From the NCBI GenBank assembly GCA_965242525.1, contig OZ251459.1:992001-1056000 (forward strand): a stretch of DNA of 64,000 bases, given 5' to 3'. Of the stretch, positions 1-9,412 are shown piece after piece. Position numbers and translations under genes: made by a program. Source of the DNA: an uncultured Candidatus Binatia bacterium. GTDB taxonomy: Bacteria > Desulfobacterota > Binatia > UBA9968 > JAJDTQ01. Positions within the stretch are counted from its first letter, which is position 1. Every line of letters starts with the position of its first letter. A model generated the notes under the pieces. The model worked only from the letters and a program-made list of their open reading frames with translations. It was not told the DNA's origin and ran no database searches.

Positions 1-178
1 GCCGGAGGACGCCGCGGCCGAACAGGGCGACGATCTCGCGCCAGGCGTCCCGGCCCGGCTCCACCACCTCCCGGGCCAGGCTGTCGGCATCGACCACCGC
101 GGCCCGGTCGCCGAGCAGGGAGGAGACCGTGCTCTTGCCGGTGGCGATTCCCCCGGTCAGGCCGATTACCTTCGCCAT
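1..178 (-). CDS. coaE: Dephospho-CoA kinase, 5' part (runs off the window edge)
   Basis: Manual translation from ATG at 178: MAKVIGLTGGIATGKSTVSSLL...VVDADSLAREVVEPG, the canonical CoaE N-terminus with P-loop. Confidence 0.93.
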   Translation of the reverse strand, partial: MAKVIGLTGGIATGKSTVSSLLGDRAAVVDADSLAREVVEPGRDAWREIVALFGRGVLR

Positions 179-363
179 GTGGCTGCTCGCGGAGACGACG
201 GGTCCGGGAAGCCGCTCGCGTCAACCCGGCCGGCAGGCTTGCAGTCCGAACACGGAGGGAATGGGATGAGACGCGCGAGCCGCGTGCCGGCGCGCCCGGA
301 GGCCATGCATGGGTCTCCTCGTAGCAACTTTCCGTTTGGCCATCAACCGGGCCGGGGAGGCGG

Positions 364-1485
364 ATGAACCCCATGGAAGTGCCGTTGCTGGACCTGAAGC
401 TCCAGTACGAAACCATCCGGGACGAGGTCCGGGAGGCGGTCCTGAGGGTGTGCGCGTCCCAGCGCTTCATCCTGGGTCCCGAGGTCGAGGAGCTGGAAGG
501 GGCCGTCGCCGCCCATGCCGGGACGCGGTTCGCCGTCGGCGTCTCATCGGGCACCGACGCGCTACTGGCGACGCTGATGGCGCTGGAAGTGGGACCCGGC
601 CACGAGGTGGTGGCGCCGGCGTATTCGTTCGTGGCCACCGCGGGCGTGGTGGCGCGGGTGGGGGCGCGCCCGGTCTTCGTCGATATCGAACCGGCGACGT
701 TCCACATGGACCCCGAAGCCGCGGCCGCCCGCATGGGCCCCCGCACCCGCGCCGTCATCCCGGTCCATCTCTTCGGGCGCAGCATGGACCTGGACCCGGT
801 GCTGGAGGCGGCCGGCCCGCGGGGGGCCGCGGTGGTGGAGGACGCCGCCCAGTCCTTCGGCGCCGCGGACTCCGGGGGCCGGAGCGCGGGCTCGGTGGGG
901 GCCGCAGGCTGCTTTTCCTTCTATCCCAGCAAGAACCTGGGCGCCTTCGGCGACGGCGGGATGGTGGTCACCGACCATGAGGAGACGGCGCGGCGCCTCC
1001 GCATGGTGCGGGTGCACGGGGAAGCGCCCAAGTACCACCACCGGCTCATGGGGGGGAACTTCCGCCTGGACAGCCTCCAGGCCGCGGTCCTCCGGGTGAA
1101 GCTCAAGTACGTGCGGGAGTGGACCGAGGCCCGGCGCGAGAAGGCCCGGCGATACCGGGAGCTCCTCGCGCCGGCTGCGTCGGAGGACCGGCTCGTGCTG
1201 CCGGGGGACTGCCCGGGCCACGTGTACAACCAGTTCGTCATCCGCTCGCCCGAGCGGGACCGCCTGCGTTCCTTTCTGAAAGAGCACGGAGTGGCCACCG
1301 AGGTCTATTATCCGGCGCCCCTGCACCTGCAGGACTGCTTCCGGTATCTGGGCCACGGCCCGGGGGACTTCCCGCACGCGGAAGAGGCGGCCCGGAGCTC
1401 CCTGGCCCTGCCCATCTATCCCGAGCTGGCGCCCGCGCAACAGGAATACGTGTGCGACCGCATCCACCGGTTCCTCCGGCGCTGA
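364..1485 (+). CDS. DegT/DnrJ/EryC1/StrS family PLP-dependent sugar aminotransferase
   Basis: Motifs SSGTDAL, EDAAQS, SFYPSKNLGAFGDGG and GNFRLD. Confidence 0.95.
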   Translation: MNPMEVPLLDLKLQYETIRDEVREAVLRVCASQRFILGPEVEELEGAVAAHAGTRFAVGVSSGTDALLATLMALEVGPGHEVVAPAYSFVATAGVVARVGARPVFVDIEPATFHMDPEAAAARMGPRTRAVIPVHLFGRSMDLDPVLEAAGPRGAAVVEDAAQSFGAADSGGRSAGSVGAAGCFSFYPSKNLGAFGDGGMVVTDHEETARRLRMVRVHGEAPKYHHRLMGGNFRLDSLQAAVLRVKLKYVREWTEARREKARRYRELLAPAASEDRLVLPGDCPGHVYNQFVIRSPERDRLRSFLKEHGVATEVYYPAPLHLQDCFRYLGHGPGDFPHAEEAARSSLALPIYPELAPAQQEYVCDRIHRFLRR

Positions 1486-1568
1486 GTCCCCCCGGACCGT
1501 CGCCATCGCCCTGCCCACGCCGCAAGACCCTTACCCGCACGGAAACCGCAAGACCTCGTTTCCGCCAT

Positions 1569-1638
1569 GGAAACCCTGAATTCGACTCCGCTTGCGCTAC
1601 GCTCAGGACGAACGGAGACAGGGGTCAGGGTGAGGGGA
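1569..1638 (+). repeat. Repeat family A, truncated copy (left TIR plus core)
   Basis: GGAAACCCTGAA followed by TTCGACTCCGCTTGCGCTACGCTCAGGACGAACGG. Confidence 0.8.
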
Positions 1639-1707
1639 TCATCACACCGGCAACCGGACCGGTGCAAGCTGTCGGGACGACCGCGCAAGGCCTACCCCGC
1701 GCAAGGC

Positions 1708-4700
1708 CTACCACCGGACGCGCAGGTTCAGGTTGACGCCGTGTTCGGGGCGGGCGGTGCGGCGCTCTCTGCGTTCGGCCTCCAGGTCCAGCGCCAGTGA
1801 TCCCTTCCCCTTCAGGCGGCTTCCCACCCGGTACTTCCGGCCTCCGTCGCCCCAAAGCCCCGCGCCTGCATACGGCGTCCACACCCCGCGGCCCGACAGC
1901 CCGATCCCGTAACCCATCTCCGTCTCCACGCGACCTCCGGGAACCCTGCTCCTGTCCGACCCGGCGTCCGCCAACCTTTCCTCCCACAGACGCCCCACGC
2001 CGCTCCCCGTCTCTCCCCACGAAGGCGCCACCTTCAGCAGCCAACCCAGCCCCTCGGTCCCGGACACCCACGACACCGATCCCCCGGCTCCCCACTCATG
2101 GACCTTGCCGCCGTGCCACGCCAACCCGCGCCAGTTGCCCTCCAACCTGAGGCCCGACCCCGGGAACGCATACGCCAAGGCGCCCCCCGACTCGATCCCC
2201 GCTCCCGTCTGTCCGTCCCCTCCGTCCCACCTGGCCCCGAACTCGCTCCGCAACTCCAGCGCCCCCCACCGCGTGGTCCCTTCCACCGCGGTCCGCAACC
2301 GGTACGTCTCCACCGTCACCCCGGCGATCAACTCCCCGTTGTCGTCCACCTTCAGTTGCGCGACCCGTCCTTCCCCCTTCATCTCCACTCGCGTGCGCCC
2401 GACCTCCAGCAACCCCATCCTCCCGCCCAGCGCCCCGCCCGCCAGACGACTGCCGCTCTTCTGCTCCCCGTACCGCCCCGCCAGTTCCTCGTCCACGATC
2501 CGCACCTCCCCCTCCCCATAGCCCACCGCCGTCCACACCGACCAACCCCCGTCCCCCGACAACCAACCCATGTACGGCTGCACGCTCACCATCCACCCCT
2601 CGTGCCGACCGGGAGCCGCGCCGGCCCCGTACTCCGCCCGGCTCTCGTACCAGGACCCCGACAACCCTCCCAGCAACCGGCCTCCCCACAACTCCTGCCC
2701 CCAGACCCCGTCCATCCCCACGTTCCCGCCGTACACCTCCCCTTCCCAATCCCCCACGTCCGTCCCCTTCACCAGCAGGCTCCGGTAGTCACCGCTCCCC
2801 CACAACCCCAGGTCCGAGACTCCGCCCGTTCCTCCGCCGCCTTCCGACAGCCCCAGCGAAAGCCACCGGCCCGACACCATCCTGTTCCAGTTCAGTTCGC
2901 CCTTCCTCGACGCTTCCTCATGCCCCTCCAGCATCTCCGCCACCCGGTCCAACCCTTCCCCTACGGTCCCGCCGCCAACCCCTTGCGCCATCTCCTCCAC
3001 GCGCCTCGCCACCGCTTCCATGGCCCCGCCCCACATGGCGCGCGACAACTCCGGCAGGATCGCTTCGTTGACCCTCTTCAACCGCGCCCGCGACAGCGTC
3101 TTCGCCGACAACACCTCGATGGTGAACTCCAACTCCGCAGTCTGTCCGTCCCGGTCCGTCGCCGTCCACCGGTAGGCCCTCCGGGGGAACTCCTCCGTGG
3201 GCGTCCCCGACAGGGTCCGCGACGCCGGGTCGAACCGCAGCCCCGGAGGCAACACCTGCGGCTGCGGCAGCAACGCGTGCTCCGTCCCGTCCCCGCCCGA
3301 GGCCGCCGGCAACACCACCCGCACGTCCCGCCCCAACGCGAACACCATCCGCGTCATGGTGAAGTCGGACGGGAACACCGGCCGCGTGTCCTCGTAACCC
3401 ACCGCAAAGAACGAGAAGGACGCGATGCCCGAAGCGCACACCCTCCCTCCGGACTCGCTCGAACCCTCCACTTCCGACCAGGTCTCCCCGTCGTAATGCA
3501 GCAGCAACAGGCGCCGCCCGCCCGCAGCGTCCCGCAGACCCTGCGGCACAGGCAGGCACAGCCGCACGCCCGCGGACGGGACCGTCCCCACCTGCACCGA
3601 CACGTCCACCACCGTCCGGGCCGCGGCCGGCCCCAGGTTGACCCCCTGGCCCGCCGGCGGGTCGGCCACCGGCGAGAAGGTCAGAGTCAGACGCTCGTTC
3701 TCGGTAGCCGGCTCCGGCAGGCTCGCCAGGTCCAGCTCGATCCCTGCCGGAACCCCCTCTTCCACCACCACCGTCACCGTGCGCCCCCTCACCGTATGCT
3801 CCGTCTCGCCCGCATCGCTGCCTACATCGATCAGGGTCTCGGGCCGCGGGGGAACCGGGGAAGGCGGAGGGGGCGGGTCCTCTGGCGTCCCGGTGGCCTC
3901 CGATGAGGGCTGGCTGTCCGGTTCGGTACTGTGGGTGGAGATGACCCGCACCGTGTAGGTCGTGCCCGTGTCCAGGCCGGTGATGACGTGGCTCGTGCCG
4001 GTGGTCACCTCCGCCTCCCGCTCCGCGGGGTCGTATTCCTCGCTCCCGGACTTCCATTGCACCTTGTAGCCGCTCGCGTCCGCCACCGCGCTCCAGGAAA
4101 CCGCGAGGCTGTCGGTGGGGCTGTCCGCCGCCGGCGCCACCGTCACTTGCGCCGGCGGCGGCAGCGTCGGCGTCCCGGTCGCTTCCGCAGAGGCCGCGCT
4201 GTCCGGGGCGTTCGTGTTGGTGGTGATGACCCGCACCGTATATTCCGTGCCCTGGGTCAGGCCGGTGATGACGTGGCTCGTGCCGGTAGCCGTCTCCTGC
4301 CGCGCGGAAGTGTCGTACACCTGGGCCCCGGACTTCCACTGCACCTTGTAGCCGCTCGCGCCGGTCACCGCGTCCCAGGAAACGGTGAGGCTGGTCAGCC
4401 CGGCCGGCGCCGCCCGCACGTTGCTCGGCACGCCCGGAGGCGGCTGCTGGGGTATCCCGGTCTCTTCCGAGGAGGCCGCGCTGTCCGGGGCGTTCGTGCG
4501 GGTGGAGATGACCCGTATCGTGTATTCCGTGCCCCCGGTCAGGCTGGTGATGGTGTAGCTCGTGCCGCTGCTCACCGTCGCCTGCCGGGTGGCGGCGTCG
4601 TACCCCTGGCTCCCGGACTTCCACTGCACCTTGTAGCCGTTCGCGTTGGTCCCGGCAGTCCAGGAGACCGCGAGGCTCTCCACCGCCGGCGTCGCCGTCA

Positions 4701-7224
4701 CCCCGCTCGGCGCCCCCGCGGCCGGCTGCTGGGGCGTCCCGCTCACTTCCCCGGAGGCCGCGCTGTCCGGGGCATTCATGTGGGTGGCGATGACCTGCAC
4801 GTCGTATTCCGTGCCCGCGGTCAGGCCGGTGATGGTGTGGCTCGTGCCGCTGGCCGTCGCCTGCCGGTCGGTGGTGTTGTACACTTGGCTCCCGGACTTC
4901 CACTGCACCTTGTACCCGCTCGCGCCGGTCACCGCGTTCCAGGAAACGATGAGGCTGGCCACCGCCGGCGTCACCGTCACCCCGCCCGGGGCGCCCGGCG
5001 GCGGCGACTGGGCCGTCCCGCTCGTGTCCGATGAGGCCGCGCTGTCCGGGGCGTTCGTGCGGGTGGAGATGACCCGCACGTCGTAGGACGTGCCCCCGGT
5101 CAGGCCGGTGATGGTGTGGCTCGTGCCGGTGGCCGTCGCCTGCCGGGTGGCGGCGTCGTACGACTGGCCCGGGCCCTTCCACTGCACCTTGTAGCCGCTC
5201 GCGTTGGTCGCAGCAGTCCAGGTAACCGTGAGGCTCTCCACCGCCGGCGTCACCGTCACTCCGCTCGGCACGCCCGGCGCCGCGTACTGGGCCGTCCCGG
5301 TCCTTTCCGAGGAGGCCGCGCTGTCCGGGGCGTTCGTGCGGGTGGCGATGACCCGCACCGTGTATTCCGTGCCCGCGGTCAGGCTGCTGATGGTGTGGCT
5401 CGTGCTGCTGGACGTCGCCTGCCGGTCGCCGGTGTTGTACACCTGCATCCCGGACTTCCACTGCACCTTGTAGCCGTTCGCGTTGGCCGCAGCGGTCCAG
5501 GAGACCACGAGGCTGCCCACCGCCGGCGTCACCGTCACCCCGCTCGGCACGCCCGCGGCCGGGTACCGGGCCGTCCCGGTCGCTTCCGAGGAGGCCGTGC
5601 CGTCCGGGGCGTTCGTGCGGGTGGCGATGACCCGCACGTCGTAGGACGTGCCCGCGGTCAGGCCGGTGATGGTGTAGCTCGTGCCGGTGGTGGTCGCCTG
5701 CCGGGTGGCGGCGTCGTACGCCTGGGCCCCGGACTTCCACTGCACCTTGTAGCCGTCCGCGTTGGCCGCGGCGGTCCAGGAGACCGTGAGGCTCTGCACC
5801 GCCGGCGCCACCGTCACGCTGCCCGGCACGCCCGCGGCCGGATACCGGGCTGTCCCGGTCGCTTCCGAGGAGGCCGCGCTGTCCGCGGCGTTCGTGCGAG
5901 TGGCGATGACCTGCACGTCGTAGGACGCGCCCCCGGTCAGGCCGGTGATGGTGTAACTCGTGCCGGTGGTCGTCGCCTGCCGCGTGGCGGCGTCGTACGC
6001 CTGGCCCCCGGTCTTCCACTGCACCTTGTAGCCGTCCGCGTTGGCCGCGGCGGTCCAGGAGACCGTGAGGCTCTGCACCGCCGGCGTCGCCGTCACGCTG
6101 CCCGGCACGCCCGCGGCCGGGTACTGGGCTATCCCGCTCGTTTCCGTGGAGGCCGCGCTGTCCGGGGCGTTCGCGCGGGTGGCGATGACCTGCACGTCGT
6201 AGGACGTGCCCGCGGTCAGGCCGGTGATGGTATGGCTCGTGCCGGTCACCGTCGCCTGCCGCGCGGAAGCGTCGTACGCCTGGCTCCCGGACTTCCACTG
6301 CACCTTGTAGCCGCTCGCGTTGGCCGAGGCGGTCCAGGAGACCACCAGGCTGCTCAACGCCGGCGTCACCGTCACCCCGCTCGGCACGCCCGCGGCCGGG
6401 TACTGCGGCGTCCCGGTCTCTTCCGAGGAGGCCGCGCTGTCCGAGGCGCCCGTGCGGGTGGAGATGACCCGCACCGTGTATTCCGTGCCCCCGGTCAGGC
6501 CGGTGATGGTGTGGCTCGTGCCGGTCACCGTCGCCTGCCGCGCGGAAGCGTCGTAGGCCTGGCTCCCGGACTTCCACTGCACCTTGTAGCCGTTCGCGTT
6601 GGTCCCGGCGGTCCAGGACACCACGAGGCTCTGCACCCCCGGCGTCACCGTTACCCCGCTCGGCGCGCCCGGCGGCGGCGCGTTGGTCGTGGTGGTCACG
6701 GTCGCCCAACCGGTACGGTCGGCCCCGCTATTCTCCAGCCTTACGCGCGTCTCGTAACTCGTGCCGGGACTCAGCCCGGTCCTCGTATATGTGATAGTCG
6801 CTGCCGAGGTAGCGTTGAGACGAGTAATAAAAAGAGTGTCATTCGGGGCGCCGGGTTTGGGCCTGCCAACTCTGTATCGAACCGCACCGCTGGCGCACGA
6901 CGGCCGACCCCAAGAGTATGAGATCGAGGTCTGGGTCTTCGACGTGACCTGGAAGTTCGATACCATTTCCGACTCCAAGCACACCGCCTCGGCGGTGCGT
7001 GGGACGGCGGCGAACGCCGCGGCGGCGAAGACGGTCAGAGCCAGCAGGCTGACGATGCGACGGGACCTCATTGCCTTGCCCTCCCGCGGGGCGCCATTGC
7101 CGCCTCTCCCGGACCTGGGGGGGGGGGGGGGGGGGGGCAAGTTGCGGGAAGGCGCTCCGCGAACGCCTCGTCCCCGGTCGAGACAACCGGCTGTGAGCAA
7201 CGGGTCGGAAGTGGCAAGCATCAT
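1708..7224 (-). CDS. Fibronectin type III repeat autotransporter/adhesin (alternative start at 7071)
   Basis: Signal peptide MRSRRIVSLLALTVFAAAAFAA begins at 7071. One divergent FN3 domain, ten ~94-aa near-identical FN3 repeats (GYKVQWK...YxVxVIAT), Pro-rich linker, putative Ig domain (LPPGLRFDPASRTLSGTP) and a beta-barrel ending LNLRVRW. AGGAGG RBS precedes the ATG at 7224; GGGAGG precedes the ATG at 7071. Confidence 0.88.
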   Translation of the reverse strand: MMLATSDPLLTAGCLDRGRGVRGAPSRNLPPPPPPPRSGRGGNGAPREGKAMRSRRIVSLLALTVFAAAAFAAVPRTAEAVCLESEMVSNFQVTSKTQTSISYSWGRPSCASGAVRYRVGRPKPGAPNDTLFITRLNATSAATITYTRTGLSPGTSYETRVRLENSGADRTGWATVTTTTNAPPPGAPSGVTVTPGVQSLVVSWTAGTNANGYKVQWKSGSQAYDASARQATVTGTSHTITGLTGGTEYTVRVISTRTGASDSAASSEETGTPQYPAAGVPSGVTVTPALSSLVVSWTASANASGYKVQWKSGSQAYDASARQATVTGTSHTITGLTAGTSYDVQVIATRANAPDSAASTETSGIAQYPAAGVPGSVTATPAVQSLTVSWTAAANADGYKVQWKTGGQAYDAATRQATTTGTSYTITGLTGGASYDVQVIATRTNAADSAASSEATGTARYPAAGVPGSVTVAPAVQSLTVSWTAAANADGYKVQWKSGAQAYDAATRQATTTGTSYTITGLTAGTSYDVRVIATRTNAPDGTASSEATGTARYPAAGVPSGVTVTPAVGSLVVSWTAAANANGYKVQWKSGMQVYNTGDRQATSSSTSHTISSLTAGTEYTVRVIATRTNAPDSAASSERTGTAQYAAPGVPSGVTVTPAVESLTVTWTAATNASGYKVQWKGPGQSYDAATRQATATGTSHTITGLTGGTSYDVRVISTRTNAPDSAASSDTSGTAQSPPPGAPGGVTVTPAVASLIVSWNAVTGASGYKVQWKSGSQVYNTTDRQATASGTSHTITGLTAGTEYDVQVIATHMNAPDSAASGEVSGTPQQPAAGAPSGVTATPAVESLAVSWTAGTNANGYKVQWKSGSQGYDAATRQATVSSGTSYTITSLTGGTEYTIRVISTRTNAPDSAASSEETGIPQQPPPGVPSNVRAAPAGLTSLTVSWDAVTGASGYKVQWKSGAQVYDTSARQETATGTSHVITGLTQGTEYTVRVITTNTNAPDSAASAEATGTPTLPPPAQVTVAPAADSPTDSLAVSWSAVADASGYKVQWKSGSEEYDPAEREAEVTTGTSHVITGLDTGTTYTVRVISTHSTEPDSQPSSEATGTPEDPPPPPSPVPPRPETLIDVGSDAGETEHTVRGRTVTVVVEEGVPAGIELDLASLPEPATENERLTLTFSPVADPPAGQGVNLGPAAARTVVDVSVQVGTVPSAGVRLCLPVPQGLRDAAGGRRLLLLHYDGETWSEVEGSSESGGRVCASGIASFSFFAVGYEDTRPVFPSDFTMTRMVFALGRDVRVVLPAASGGDGTEHALLPQPQVLPPGLRFDPASRTLSGTPTEEFPRRAYRWTATDRDGQTAELEFTIEVLSAKTLSRARLKRVNEAILPELSRAMWGGAMEAVARRVEEMAQGVGGGTVGEGLDRVAEMLEGHEEASRKGELNWNRMVSGRWLSLGLSEGGGGTGGVSDLGLWGSGDYRSLLVKGTDVGDWEGEVYGGNVGMDGVWGQELWGGRLLGGLSGSWYESRAEYGAGAAPGRHEGWMVSVQPYMGWLSGDGGWSVWTAVGYGEGEVRIVDEELAGRYGEQKSGSRLAGGALGGRMGLLEVGRTRVEMKGEGRVAQLKVDDNGELIAGVTVETYRLRTAVEGTTRWGALELRSEFGARWDGGDGQTGAGIESGGALAYAFPGSGLRLEGNWRGLAWHGGKVHEWGAGGSVSWVSGTEGLGWLLKVAPSWGETGSGVGRLWEERLADAGSDRSRVPGGRVETEMGYGIGLSGRGVWTPYAGAGLWGDGGRKYRVGSRLKGKGSLALDLEAERRERRTARPEHGVNLNLRVRW
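3880..6680 (-). repeat. Ten tandem ~282-bp FN3-coding repeats
   Basis: CACTGCACCTTGTA (KVQW on the minus strand) or a 1-nt variant recurs about every 282 bp from ~4060 to ~6580. Boundaries approximate. Confidence 0.9.
7117..7137 (-). repeat. Poly-C21 tract (G21 on + strand) in the autotransporter leader
   Basis: Run of 21 G read directly from the sequence. Confidence 0.9.
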
Positions 7225-7292
7225 TGGTTCCTCCTGGTCGTCCGCACGCGCCCCCACGCGAGCACGTCGGAATTTGGCGCTTCAGGATTCGT

Positions 7293-7401
7293 GGAAACTC
7301 TGAACGATTACCCCGTTCGTCCCGAACGTAGCGAAGCGAAGTCGAAGGACGCGCTTTCCCACAGGGAGAGGGGGTTCAAACCGGAATTGTTCAGGGTTTC
7401 C
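7293..7401 (-). mobile_element. Repeat family A, complete MITE-like copy
   Basis: TIRs GGAAACTCTGAACGATT / AATTGTTCAGGGTTTCC around the core CCGTTCGTCCCGAACGTAGCGAAGCGAAGTCGAAGGAC. Confidence 0.8.
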
Positions 7402-7460
7402 TTTCTATTGTACCTGCCTACACCCGAAATTTCCACTTCAAGAATTGTCCAATGGCAAGT

Positions 7461-7709
7461 GGCGCTTCAGGAATTCGTGTGGGTTGCGACACTCCCTATC
7501 CCGTCATTCCCGCGAAAGCGGGAATCCAGACCTTGCGAGCAAACCCCATGGAGCCCTGTATGAGAGGTTTGTACAACGAGAGCGAGGAAAGTGGATGGAT
7601 TCCCGCTTTCGCGGGAATGACGGGGGTGGGCGTTTGCGGAGCAATGACGGCCTGACCTCTGTCCTTCCCCTTTCCCTCCTGCCTTTCCCACACGAATTCC
7701 TGAAGAGCC
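7461..7709. mobile_element. MITE-like element (family C) with 23-bp TIRs enclosing an inverted pair of dRS3-like palindromes
   Basis: GGCGCTTCAGGAATTCGTGTGGG ... CCCACACGAATTCCTGAAGAGCC (22/23 match). Internal GTCATTCCCGCGAAAGCGGGAATCC at ~7503 and its reverse complement at ~7597. Confidence 0.75.
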
Positions 7710-7863
7710 TGGTAAGTGAGCATGGAGGGGAGGGAAGAATCCAACGGTAAGCGAGCACGAGCAGGCCCGGGATGGCGCAGACTGGGGGAATGGGACGGCG
7801 CCGAGATGAGGAAGGCTGAACGGAGCCGGCTCCCCCTCGGGAAGGCGCTCCTTCTGTCGGGTC

Positions 7864-7921
7864 ATTTCTCCTTCTGAAAAGGAGAAATTTCTGCTATATT
7901 CTCCTTCTCGCAAGGAGAATA
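7864..7921. promoter_or_regulatory. Tandem palindromes TTCTCCTT-N5-AAGGAGAA (putative operator pair)
   Basis: Copies at 7864-7888 and 7897-7921, 33 bp apart. The second overlaps the AAGGAG RBS of the next gene. Confidence 0.6.
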
Positions 7922-7928
7922 CAGGATA

Positions 7929-9272
7929 TTGGAAGCAGTCCCGACAACCTTCCGGCAAGTGCTGGCCGAACAGATCGCCGGATCCATGCAAGCGCCGCCT
8001 CCCTCCCATACCCCCCGCCGCGTGCACGGGCTTACGCGGTTCCCGGGCAAGGCCACTGCGGTGGTGGGCATGCGCCGGGCCGGCAAGACTACCTTCCTGC
8101 ACCAGTTGCGGCAGGAGTTCCTGGCGTCGGGCGCGGACCCGTCCCGGGCGCCCTGCGTTTCGTTCGAGGACGAGCGGCTCACCGGACTGGAGGGCCGCCA
8201 TCTGGACTTGCTCCTCGACGAGCACCAGCGCCTTTCGACCGCGGAACCGGGCGCTTCGCCGGTCATGTGGTGCTTCGACGAGATCCAGTTGGCGCCCGGC
8301 TGGGAGCGTTTCGTGCGGCGGTTGCTGGACACCGAGGCCGTGCAGGTGTTCGTCACCGGTTCCTCCGCGGCGCTGCTGTCCCGCGAGATCGCCACCTCGT
8401 TGCGCGGCCGGGCGTGGCAGGTGCTCATGCACCCGTTCGGGTTCGACGAGGCGCTGCGCCATCGCGGCGTGGAGGTCCCGGAACGGACGGACGTCCTGCC
8501 CCGCAAGGAGCGCGTGCGCCTTGAACGGGAGTTCGCGGCGTGGCTGGTTGCCGGCGGGTTTCCGGAAGCCCAGGGGCTGGACGACGCGGCCCGGCATCGA
8601 TTGCTGCGCGATTACGTGGACGTGGCCGTGCTCCGCGACGTGGTGGAACGCCACGGGGTCGGCAACGTTACCGGCCTCCGGTGGCTCGTGCGCCAGTTGC
8701 TCGGGAACGCGGGCGGGTCGTTCAGCGTCGAGAAGTTCCACGCGGCGCTCAGGTCCCAGGGCATCGCCATCGCCAGGGATACGGTGCACCAACTCCTCGG
8801 CTACCTCGAAGACTGCTTCCTCGTGCGCGTGGTCTGGATGGAGTCGCACTCCGAGCGCCAACGCATGGTCAACCCGCGCAAGGCGTATCCGGTGGATGCG
8901 GGCCTGACCCCCGTGTTCGACCGCACGGGCCGCGCCAACGTCGGGCACGCGCTGGAGACCGCGGTGTTCATCGAGCTGGAGCGGCGGCGGCTCGACGTGA
9001 GCTACGTGCGCACTAGGCAGGGATACGAGGTGGACTTCCTGGCCCGCCGGGCGGACGGGCGCCGGGAGTTGATCCAGGTCTGCGCCGACGCGTCGGACCG
9101 GGACGCCGCGGAACGCGAGCTCCGCGCCCTGACCGCGGCCGGGGAGCAGTTCCCCGACGCCGGAATGCGCCTGCTGACCCTCACCCGCGACGGTATTCCC
9201 GACCCGCTGCCGGACGGCGTCGCGGCGCAGCCGGCCTGGGCCTGGATGCTCGATACCGGCGACCGCGGTTGA
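7929..9272 (+). CDS. AAA+ ATPase (AAA_14 + DUF4143 type)
   Basis: Walker A GMRRAGKT, Walker B FDEIQ, then TGSS, GGFPE, KAYPVDAG and C-terminal YEVDFL...IQVC. Confidence 0.9.
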   Translation: MEAVPTTFRQVLAEQIAGSMQAPPPSHTPRRVHGLTRFPGKATAVVGMRRAGKTTFLHQLRQEFLASGADPSRAPCVSFEDERLTGLEGRHLDLLLDEHQRLSTAEPGASPVMWCFDEIQLAPGWERFVRRLLDTEAVQVFVTGSSAALLSREIATSLRGRAWQVLMHPFGFDEALRHRGVEVPERTDVLPRKERVRLEREFAAWLVAGGFPEAQGLDDAARHRLLRDYVDVAVLRDVVERHGVGNVTGLRWLVRQLLGNAGGSFSVEKFHAALRSQGIAIARDTVHQLLGYLEDCFLVRVVWMESHSERQRMVNPRKAYPVDAGLTPVFDRTGRANVGHALETAVFIELERRRLDVSYVRTRQGYEVDFLARRADGRRELIQVCADASDRDAAERELRALTAAGEQFPDAGMRLLTLTRDGIPDPLPDGVAAQPAWAWMLDTGDRG

Positions 9273-9285
9273 CCTGCGTCTTTCA

Positions 9286-9412
9286 GGAGACCCTGAACCA
9301 TCGGGACAGGGGAGGGCATGAGCGCGTCCTTCGACTTCGCTTCGCTACGCTCAGGACGAACGGAGGAATTCGCTTCGCTCGGGACGAACGGGGATAATCG
9401 TCCAGAGTTTGC
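9286..9412 (+). mobile_element. Repeat family A copy
   Basis: GGAGACCCTGAACCAT...CTTCGACTTCGCTTCGCTACGCTCAGGACGAACGG...ATCGTCCAGAGTTTGC. Confidence 0.78.

Noticed and set aside
3880-6680. Regular repeats as a CRISPR array or a diversity-generating retroelement
   Set aside because: They are in-frame 282-bp protein-domain repeats with no unique spacers, and there is no reverse transcriptase in the window.
2098-6921. Long alternative-frame ORFs over the autotransporter (2918-6709, 2098-3906, 5116-6921) and similar shadow ORFs across the window (e.g. 29124-32822, 58098-61454)
   Set aside because: Arg/Gly/Pro-rich shadows of high-GC genes with no recognisable motifs; each overlaps a well-supported CDS.
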